From NCBI GenBank assembly GCA_002104905.1, contig MCFE01000051.1, positions 1-64,000 of the forward strand: 64,000 bases of DNA, written 5' to 3'. The notes beneath the pieces were generated by a model. It saw only the letters and a list, made by a program, of their open reading frames with translations, was not told where the DNA came from and made no database searches. Origin of the DNA: Basidiobolus meristosporus CBS 931.73 (lineage: Eukaryota > Fungi > Basidiobolomycota). Shown here piece by piece: positions 1 to 9,104 of the stretch (position 1 is the stretch's first letter; every line of letters begins with the position of its first letter). Made by a program: the position numbers and the translations under genes.

Positions 1-343
1 CCTATATGAAGGATGGAATGTTTGATAAACCTTACATAAGCTGCAGAGGAATAAACTGGGTTAAATCAGAGCTATCATCAACCCACACCTCGATCCTACA
101 GAAACCCCCATGGTTTAGGATATTGGCGACTTGGTTGTACTTCATGTGATTTGTTTATGTAGATTGTGGTTAATTATCACGCAGTGTGACCCTTATGCTC
201 ATACCAGGTAAGACAAAGAATATACAGTATCCCTTGCATAAAATGCCCATTCAGATTTCCTGCTAGACTCACCCATCAACCAGTTCAGCTTACACAATTA
301 ATCCTTCGCCTTCTTCGAAAGCTAAGAGCAGTCTACTCAAGTT

Positions 344-1859
344 ATGGGAAGCAGCAAGGTTGTTACCAAAGTACAAGAGTACTTCCCGATAGCTATAGTA
401 TTTGCTCTTTTAAGCTGGACATATTATGTATATATAATTCGTTTATCAGGTAAGCTGCTTACGAAAAGTACTCGTTGGACGACTTATTAACTCCTACAAA
501 CAGTTGCTCTAATCAAGAAAGACTCCTACGCTCAAGGAGGTATACTCGGCTAAAACTCGCACTCAAAAGTAATGGTGCTAATGTTCAGGTTGATAGTGGC
601 ATACATAGTGCTGTTTCACGTGGTTTTCCTTCCCCTCCTTCTTGCCTACCTCAGGGTTTTGTTAAAATGCCCTGGAAATCCGAAGCCGGTAATTGGAAAG
701 TTACAGCACCCTTTCCTCGCCTACTCCTAAACCTCCCTGCCCATTCGCAGAATCCGGAGGGAACAGAAGATCCTGCGGAATATCCTTCCAAAATCCCCCA
801 TAATCCCTGGCAAACACAGCCAGCCTTGTCCGAGAAAAATGAGTTCGGAGAAGTGAGTACCTGCGAAGCGGCCAACCTCGAAGACACGGCCAGTCAGGGA
901 CCACCTCCATCAGAAGCAACGAAGAACTCCCCGGTCGCTAGCCGGACGACAGTAGTGTCCGAGTATATATCATCGCACATATCACCCAATAGCAGATTCT
1001 GTAATATTTGTGAGGTAATTAAGCCGTCGCGATGTCACCATTGCTCAACATGCAATAGGTGCATTCTTAAAATGGACCAGTAAGTTCCCTTGGCTCTCTT
1101 GGTTCCCTTGATATCCTCCCTAACTAAAGAGTACTTGTCAGTCACTGCATATGGTAAGGAATAACCACTCTCTATTCGGCAACATCTATTGACGCCGGCT
1201 TAGGATTAACCAATGTGTGGGTTGGGGAAACTACAAACTATTTTACCTGTTTATCCTCTATACATCACTCTTCTGCATCTTAGTCGTGGCCTCGATCATT
1301 CCTCCACTGGTGCACAGAGCGAAAGTAAGGATCGTTGATGGTTTCACCGTCTTTGGCTGCTCTAATCCTCTTTCAGTCCGGAAATACTATAGACACTCAA
1401 TGGGGGATCATTCTCGCAGTTGCTGCAGTAGCAGGCTCAGGCACTCTACTTCTGACCCGATACCATACCAAATTGCTCCTCAACAACCAGACCACCATCG
1501 AGGACTTACAGAGCACCAGGAGCGGAGGCAACAACGAAAACATCTACGATCTCGGCAGAGAAAACAACTGGCGAGCTGTCATGGGGAATGTGTGGTGGTT
1601 ATGGTTTGGTAGGTATACTTCTACGTACGTCGTTATTCATTTGGCACTAACTGATCCGGTTTTCTACATACCAGTGCCAACCTCAAACAGGTATTGACCA
1701 CCATTTCTCTATTCAACTATAATCTTGACTTACAGGAGTATCTTTAGCGTTGGCAATGGCCTGCACTTCCCCAATAACTGTACAGATGATCTAGGTATGA
1801 TGAACAATGTCTCCCTATTCGAACCGTTGGAGCCTGTGGCCACTCAACAACAGCATTAA
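344..1859 (+). CDS. DHHC-type palmitoyltransferase (PFA3/ZDHHC2-like), multi-exon
   Basis: ATG 344. Spliced DHHC-CRD reads [49 protein letters not shown]. TM segments; C-terminal NIYDLGRENNWRAVMG and GNGLHFP motifs; stop 1857-1859. Confidence 0.93.
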
Positions 1860-2028
1860 CCGCAGTCACTGTACTATTCATCTACTCGCCAAAATTTTGG
1901 ACAAATCATCAGGCGAGTGACCCACAATGAAGTATTCAATTGTAAGATTTTGGCTTTATTAAACAAATGCTTTCTTTAATGATACACTTTCAAAAATGTT
2001 GATTATTTACTGCGCGTGACGGCCTTGA

Positions 2029-3099
2029 TCATAAGTAGGCCAGCACGAAATATGAATCCTTGGTTGTCTTCTCTTTGCCACCATACCCAAAGCACATGCC
2101 TCCTTTCAGGTGGCATCCAACCTTGCCGACGTGCTCACCCCCACCGTAGCGAGTTTTGGCAATGAAAGAGAGGCTTTCCATCGCTCTCATGACCGGCCTC
2201 GACCGGTCTCCAGTTGTCTGGGTTACAGATTCCGTGGCATTCAACCCAACGCAATTGACGAGCATCACCACATAGCACGTAGTAGTCCTTGAGGTTGATT
2301 TCCTTTCCGTCATACCCAAGCGAGATACTCTTAAGATGTGGCCCAACTTTACCAACATGCAGACCACCCTGGTAGAATTGTCTCGCGATAAACAATGGCT
2401 TTCCATCAGATTCTACGCCACCCTGCACGGCATTGGGAGGGATGGAGCTATATGTATGGAATAAAGTTTAGAAGATCGCTTTTTTTAGGTAATAAGAAAG
2501 TAAACTTACCCCCCAGAGGCATAAACCCAGTCCAGCATTGGTCTATTGGGCTTAGCGTTAGGATTGGGAGGGCAGATAGCGGCACCGGGTGGTGGCCCTT
2601 GAGGAGAGCTCTTAGTATTGGTGCAAGTTGCCGAGCTGCCTTGGCCATTTGGAGCGCCACCTGGTGGGCAAGGCTGAGCGGGAGGAGCACCATTTGGAGG
2701 ATGAGAGGGGCCCGTTTGACCAGGTGGAGCGCCGTTAGGAGGACGGGTGGGGCCGGATTGACCAGGTGGAGCGCCATTTGGAGGACAGGCAGGGCCGGAT
2801 TGACTAGGTGGAGCGCCATTTGGAGGACAGGCAGGACCGGATTGACCAGGTGGAGCACCATTTGGCGGGAAATGAGGCTGACCGGAAGGTGGTCCATTTG
2901 GTGGATACTGAGAACCACCCTGCGTAGGAGGCGGGCTGTATGGGCCAGTTTGGCCTGGAGCAGGAGGGTGCTGTGACGAATGACCACCAAAGTGGAACCC
3001 TCCAGGGAAAAAGGCCCGGTCATTATCCTGAGGCCCACCTTGAGGAGGCGGAGGATAACCTTGTGAGGGGTAACCTTGGTTGGGAGGATATCCGGACAT
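2029..3099 (-). CDS. Pro/Gly-rich N-terminus plus two DM9 (DUF3421) repeats; +1 frameshift in the second repeat
   Basis: MSGYPPNQGYP... then intron 2448-2509. Repeat 1: WVYASGGSIPPNAVQGGVESDGKPLFIAR...GKV. Repeat 2: PVEAGHESDGKPL/FIAKTRYGGGEHVGKV...YFVLAYL*. Confidence 0.8.
2676..2884 (-). repeat. 42-bp coding tandem repeat (about 4-5 copies) encoding PPNGAPPGQSGPxx
   Basis: TGACCAGGTGGAGC-type units start at 2717, 2759, 2801 and 2843 on the + strand (42-nt period). Confidence 0.9.
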
Positions 3100-3631
3100 G
3101 ACGTTGATATTTCGAAGAATAACAATATCCTCCTCTCACTCCCTACTCATTTATAGCTTTGGAGAGGCAACAGGATCTATCATATGACAACCTATTCGAT
3201 TGTAAGTGATCGATGTAAAGGTACATGATTGGATGAATATTTCAGGAATTCATTTAAAATGCCCATATTATTCCCGGAGATAAATCCTTGGAATGCTTGA
3301 TTAGATACACGCCTAAATGTATATATTGAAAGAGGCTATCACCAATTGGCTAGAATCGCATTCAACTCATTTCTACCCTAAAAGACTACGATGGTTGTAT
3401 CCCTCACGCTTGTCCACAGCCAACTTGGCTTGGCATCGGCCAGAAAAAACCGATATTCCTTGATTCCTCGGAACAAATTGTACCTCACGCGAATCAAACC
3501 CGCGTCAGATGAATTTTGCAAAAATGACATCACACAAAACAAATCCGTTGATTGGTTACTCGGGGATAAGGCAGTTTAAATGCTAGAATCGTTCATTACG
3601 GGTTCCTCACCTTTTTCTTTTATTATTCATA

Positions 3632-4143
3632 ATGGGTGTTACTCGTGAAGTTATCAAGGCTGGTGATGGACAAACCTTCCCCAAGAAGGTAAACAAGACC
3701 AAATGCTACCGTTTCCAGCACCTTTACTAACAGCGATGCTTTTTAGGGTGACCAAGTTACCATCCACTATGTTGGCACTGTAAGCTGCCCCTTCTTTACC
3801 TTACTAGTGGCCATTGCCGACTCACCTTTATGTTATCAATAGCTTGAGAGTGGCAAGAAGTTCGACTCTTCCCGCGATCGTGGAAAGCCCTTCAGCTGCA
3901 GAATCGGTGTTGGACAAGTTATCCGTGGCTGGGAAGAAGGTACTGTGAAATCACAGTAAACATGCCCTGCATACCTCGACTAACATGCTCTCCTACATAA
4001 AAGGTGTCCCTCAAATGTCTGTTGGTGAGGTTTCCAAGTTGACCATCACTGGTGACTACGCTTATGGCGACCGTGGTTTCCCTGGATTGATCCCTCCCAA
4101 TGCCACCTTGATTTTCGAGGTCGAGTTGCTTGGTGTTAACTAA
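3632..4143 (+). CDS. FPR1: FKBP12 peptidyl-prolyl isomerase, 4 exons
   Basis: Spliced [70 protein letters not shown]...[28 protein letters not shown]. Confidence 0.97.
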
Positions 4144-4254
4144 ACCGATCACTATAGTCTAGAAACCAAATAAAGCCTCTTAAACGCAGCTTCGTTCTAT
4201 ACATTCTTGTTTATTTTGCCCGAGTAAACCAACAATCAATCGCCATACATCATT

Positions 4255-6553
4255 CTACCAACCACGCAATCCATCGTTGGATTTGCGAAGCTTGGATTCC
4301 GAAGTGAAATAGAAGGGAATGAATCCGATCTTCCCGTTTTCCCAGCACTAGATTAACACAAATGGGTTAAGTTGGCGTGAATTGATCAGTAAATTCCCAA
4401 TGTTCGTTGCCTACCACACTCAACAAGGAGCCTCGCGAAAATTGGTTTGCAAACTGCATGGTCACAGCCTTGGGGTTGCTTTCGACTTCTGAATGCGCCT
4501 CTCCTATGCCCCAGCAGGGTCCTCGGATGAAGCCGCTAGATCCAATACAAATGATGAGGATTCTTCAAACATGTGATGGATCCATGTGTACGCTCTCACC
4601 TGGGCATCAAGGGATTTGTATCACCTAGCCATGAAGTTGGCCTCACAAGGAAAATTGCCAGTAGTTCCGAGCCCTCTGCGTCCCCATCAAAACTGACGAT
4701 CAATCGCTCCCCAGTCTGGTCAAGAGCAAGTTGTCGAATCGGTCCGCCAACACTACCAATAGCCAAAACATGATGTCAGTAAGAGAGTTGCGGTTGGCGA
4801 ACACGAGGTGCGCTTACGTTAGCACGCTTCCAGATGCAGTCTGTGTCGAGAATTCGGTCAAATCTTGGGGCGCACTGGTTTGGAAATCGAGGAAGGGCGC
4901 AGGCTTCACCAGATGAATGATATGGATGATCGCCTCACCCTGGATGGAGTAGAGTAGATTCCGGCTATCTGGGGACCAACAGATGCTCTACAGAGAATAT
5001 GGAGTTATCGGTTTGATGCTCAGATGAAGGGCGTCGTCCGAACACTATACCTTTGGCAAACCCCCAAGGTTCGGCAGAGTTCGACTCTCCCATGTCTTCG
5101 TCTCCCAAATTCTAATTACTTTGTTGCTGTGGTGAAGTAAAGGTGTGTTACGAAGGGACCGGATGAAATACTTGTAAATCGCCACCTACGTATGCGCAAC
5201 ACAGAGGTATGCACCATTGGGGCTCCATGCCATAGTTACAACCCCGCCGCCGATTCTTCTCAATGGGACTGCGCTTTCCAAAGCAACATCCCAAATGAGT
5301 ACCGATCCGTCTGCAGCCGATCCGGTTGCAAGATACTGCCCAGAAGGATCCCATGACAATGAGCTGATGTGTGTGTGTCCAGGGTATTTCAAAAAGTTCA
5401 TCCACGCTGGTCTAGCGCCCTCCGACTCTCTGGCGCAAGGAACAGACGGAACCGTGGTGGCAGTTAGTGGATCTTGGGCGACTCCCTCGCCAAAATCCAA
5501 AAACAATCTCCAGAGACAAACGCCATTACTAGAAAAGACACTGTGAGAAGATGTGGATGGTAAAGGCACTGAGATGGAATGTACTTTGTTCCCACGGCCA
5601 AGGTGGCGCCTGCGTTAGGTTTCCACTCAAGACAAGTGATGTTTTTCTGGAACTCGTGAGTAAGTCCTTGCGGGAACCAGGCTGTAATACAGAGTTAGGA
5701 CGTGTTATGGATGTGATAGCACTTGATTCTTTTCACGAACCTTCAGAATTCATGTCATACACGTATACAACGTCCATTCTATGGGCAACTGCGAACATCT
5801 GCTTGTATGGATGCCAGGAATAGGCCTTGACTGGGCTGTGGGATTTCTGATCCGTAGGCAATTCTACGGTGGGCTAAACAACAATGCACATGGCTTAAAA
5901 CGACGCTCTGAATCCAGGCTTTCGTGTTGTCGATGTACCTGCAGGAAAGAGTTTTTGAACGGCTCGATAAATTCCTCGGCCATGTTTAGGCCGTACTGAA
6001 TCAGATCACCAATCTTCCTGTAGAACATTGTCCAGATAAACATGCGCTCGATAAAAGTATCAAAGTGAGCCACCACCAACCACAGAGGAACATTCTCCAG
6101 CTTGCTTTCCCACCAAGGCTTCACTGCCACCGGTGCGTTCTTCAATCCAAGAGGGCGTTGAATGGGGACCGCTCTAGCGGGTTGGCATACATCATATGGC
6201 ACAACGATATGAGGATATAATACGCCCTATGGAACCAGCAATTAGGGGAAACAGTCATAACAAAAAGGCTTGGCGTTGAGCTTACCTCCGCTCTTACGTA
6301 CTTGTTAACATTGGGATCTTGGGGACCCCTCAGTGTTACTAATGGTTGATCGACGGATACTTGGTAAGTATCTGAGCGGGAAATATGATACGATACGAAC
6401 ACTCCATACATAGCTCAAAGTTCACTTCACCCAAGGTCACTTCGTCGGCATCTGGTGGCAAATGCGTTTGGGCTGTTAATCACCAACCAGATTCATTAGC
6501 TTGTGAAGGTTTCTGTTTCAGAAGAATTGGACAATACCAGAGAAATTCACCAT
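4255..6553 (-). CDS. AAAS: Aladin (WD40 nucleoporin), multi-exon
   Basis: N-terminal LPPDADEVTLGEVNFEL; SWHPYKQMFAVA; GHTHISSLSWDPSGQYLATGS...LIWDVALESAVPLRRIGGGV; C-terminal ALLVSVCWENGKIGFIPFYF. All resemble aladin motifs. Confidence 0.8.
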
Positions 6554-6874
6554 GTGATCTTTACTTTAGTAGGAAACGGATGCGTAAAAAGGCACAGATA
6601 TCACACTTGAAGCCACTTTAGCTATTGTCAGTTTATGACTAGGGCTTGATAATTTTCGTTACGCTGAAGGTAAACAAACCATCAATTCGAGAGAATAATA
6701 GTTATTTTCTTTCATGCAAATCTCCAATATAAACCAAGTTGATTTGGAACTTGGCATATTATTAAGCTTCTTTTGCACTTGGATAAAATCGAGAAGTTTC
6801 TTTTTTGGCAAGGGTCCCTAGCTTATGCCGCGAGTATTTTTTTTTCTGGTGGAAGTGAACGTTACTTGTGCGTG

Positions 6875-6882
6875 TATAAATA
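6875..6882 (+). promoter_or_regulatory. TATA box of the snoRNA host gene
   Basis: TATAAATA lies 30 nt upstream of a CTTTC pyrimidine start at 6905 and about 50 nt upstream of the first GTGAGT donor. Confidence 0.6.
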
Positions 6883-6971
6883 ATACTCAGCTGTTGTCAG
6901 TAGTCTTTCACTTTAGTTCTTTATGGTGAGTGTCTATTTCTCTTTATTACATTCTCGTTTGAATGGTCATT

Positions 6972-7047
6972 GTGATGATTACATAGTTCAACTGAAGTAC
7001 CCTTACTAAGTACTATGTCGAGTTAATTTTCTTTCGCTCCTATCTGA
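6972..7047 (+). ncRNA. snR60: Box C/D snoRNA snR60/U80(SNORD80)/Z15 family, copy 1
   Basis: C box GTGATGA, D' CTGA 6992-6995, D box CTGA 7044-7047. D' guide CATAGTTCA pairs with LSU rRNA UGAACUAUG (yeast Am817). D guide TCTTTCGCTCCTAT pairs with AUAGGGGCGAAAGA (yeast Gm908). Confidence 0.92.
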
Positions 7048-7201
7048 CACCTTCATACGGAATTACATTCGTTACCTACCTAAAGCAATATGCTAACATG
7101 TTTCTCAGTGTATTTAGTGTTGGCCCTACGGCGAGTGGTGCGAGTCTAAAACGACAGCAATGTAAGTACCTTACACAACTGAGAACCCATTTCAATGCAC
7201 T

Positions 7202-7277
7202 ATGATGATTACATAGTTCAACTGAAGTACTCTTACTAAGTACTCTGTCGAGTTGATTTTCTTTCGCTCCTATCTGA
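7202..7277 (+). ncRNA. snR60: Box C/D snoRNA snR60 family, copy 2
   Basis: ATGATGA...CTGA with the same two guides; differs from the other copies at only a few spacer positions. Confidence 0.92.
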
Positions 7278-7434
7278 TACATTCAACCCCACAATTCCAA
7301 TTTATATGATATTTCATTATTCTAATCCTCTCTTGCAGATGAAACAGTTGCTCAAGTCTGCTTCACGGCTAACCGGCTCACAATAATAGTAAGTGATCTT
7401 TTCTATTTCGGAATGGAATATTGAAGAAGGCACT

Positions 7435-7510
7435 GTGATGATTACATAGTTCAACTGAAGTACTCTTACTAAGTACTATGTCGAGTTAATTTTCTTTCGC
7501 TCCTATCTGA
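7435..7510 (+). ncRNA. snR60: Box C/D snoRNA snR60 family, copy 3
   Basis: GTGATGA 7435-7441 ... CTGA 7507-7510, with identical guides. Confidence 0.92.
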
Positions 7511-8180
7511 ACCTCTTCATTCATCCGAATATCCGATTCTCATTGATAACCTGGATTAACCTGATGTTCCGTTTTAGGTTGTAAATCCTTACCCGAGCCG
7601 TGTGATGCCTTAATATATGTATATAATCAGCTTCAATAAATTGTTCTATTTTTGAAAGCCACCGAATATGATCCAATTATGATTCGAATGGTTTGGCGGG
7701 GCGGGAGTAGGGAGCAAATGGGGTTCGAGAACAATGGTGTGATGCTGAAATTCCCCACGGAATGTTCGGCAATTAGGATCCTGGGTTAAAGGTGTATTGA
7801 GTTAGATCCAATTCACAAATCGATGTGGCAAGAGGTATAGTGTACACAGTTGATGAAATCTTTTATGAATTTTGGACTCGAAACAATGAAAATTTGAACC
7901 GGAGTGAAGGTTTTGTTTGACGCACCGATACTGGGGGAATCAAGGTTTGAAATGAGTGCTGCTCAATGTAGCTGGTGAAGAGGAAAGTATGGTTTTCCCA
8001 ATAGGTGCTATGTACATATGGGTGGTAGAGATCCTGCGAGATGGTGACTCGTGTCTCAAAAGGGTGAGGAAAGGGGGATGGGGGTCCTGTATTTCGAGCG
8101 GGGTTTTTTTAGATACGCATTAAGTGAAGATATGGCTTTTGGATTGAAGTTCTTAATATACAGGGAAAACCATTGGCCAT

Positions 8181-9104
8181 TTAACGGACAATCACCCGGC
8201 TATCTTGCCACCGTGGAGAAGCGCAGGAGGCGGTGGAGTTGGGAACGTCCTTATTGAATGGTTCAGTGCTAGAAAGGGAGCTAACGCCCGATTTTAGCTT
8301 GAACGAAGGGTTTGTGCTTTTCTCTTCCTTGACCTCAATCTCCATGGCTACTGGAGAATCGGCATCATTGTTGGGAACATGCGCATCAGACTTGTTGCGC
8401 ATCGCCTCCAGCTCCAGACGTAATCTTTTGTTTTCATCCTCCATCCTGGACATTGAGTCCCGGATTGACTTGATTTCGTTCTGGTACTGCTGGACTTGCT
8501 GCTCCAAGGTAGAGATGTATTCCTTTCTTCTGACACGGAAGTTTCTTGCCGATATCTTGTTGCGAAGCTGTCGGCGCTCTTTGGAGCTGAGATTTTGGAA
8601 GTTGGGGTTGGCTGGGTCGAGCTCCGCCTCCAACTCGGCCGAAGAGGTGCGGTGAGTAGACTTGGGAGGAGACGGAGCGATGGGCAAGGGGGCTGCTGTG
8701 GGGGAGGAGGGGGCGATGGTGGTGGTAGTGGTGGTGTTTTTGGGATTGACAACGGGAGTTGGAGAGACGGTGGGTGGCTGAACTGAGTGCATAAGGTTGG
8801 GTGGGCCATACAGCAGCGTGGAGTCCGCCACACCAAATTGAGAGGCTGGCTCCGAACCCAGAAGGTTGCCAAGTAGCATGTCAATATCAGTTGACTCAGT
8901 CTTCAGGTTAGTCACGGAGGGAGTAATTTGGCTTGAAGGTGGGAGTTGACCAGACAACTCATTGCCAAAGTACAGGCGAAACAAATCAGCATTGCTTATA
9001 TCCTGGTTTTGGGGCTCGGACACATACTTGGGATCAATGAATGCGTCAAACACATCACTAACTTCACCTTCAACGACACCTTGGGTCATGTTGTTTGCAG
9101 CCAT
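8181..9104 (-). CDS. bZIP transcription factor (true C-terminus may extend further via splicing)
   Basis: Basic region and zipper: LSSKERRQLRNKISARNFRVRRKEYISTLEQQVQQYQNEIKSIRDSMSRMEDENKRLRLEL. Probable ATG at 9104. Confidence 0.88.
   Translation of the reverse strand: MAANNMTQGVVEGEVSDVFDAFIDPKYVSEPQNQDISNADLFRLYFGNELSGQLPPSSQITPSVTNLKTESTDIDMLLGNLLGSEPASQFGVADSTLLYGPPNLMHSVQPPTVSPTPVVNPKNTTTTTTIAPSSPTAAPLPIAPSPPKSTHRTSSAELEAELDPANPNFQNLSSKERRQLRNKISARNFRVRRKEYISTLEQQVQQYQNEIKSIRDSMSRMEDENKRLRLELEAMRNKSDAHVPNNDADSPVAMEIEVKEEKSTNPSFKLKSGVSSLSSTEPFNKDVPNSTASCASPRWQDSRVIVR

Larger units (their letters stand above)
6905..7640 (+). ncRNA. Spliced non-coding snoRNA host gene (4 short exons, 3 snoRNA-bearing introns)
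   Basis: Introns 6926-7108 (GTGAGT..GCTAAC..CAG), 7162-7338 (GTAAGT..CTAAT..CAG) and 7389-7577 (GTAAGT..TTAAC..TAG). AATAAA 7635-7640. Exons give only tiny ORFs (MCI*, and 15-aa MKQLLKSASRLTGSQ*). The start at 6905 is inferred. Confidence 0.78.

Noticed and set aside
6639-6821. TAGGG/CCCTA cores upstream of the snoRNA host (Tbf1-like sites)
   Set aside because: 5-mers are expected by chance, and there is no full AACCCTAA site.
8181-8500. Possible HAC1/XBP1-type unconventional intron after the bZIP domain
   Set aside because: The basic region is not Hac1-like and no paired CNGCNG hairpins were seen.
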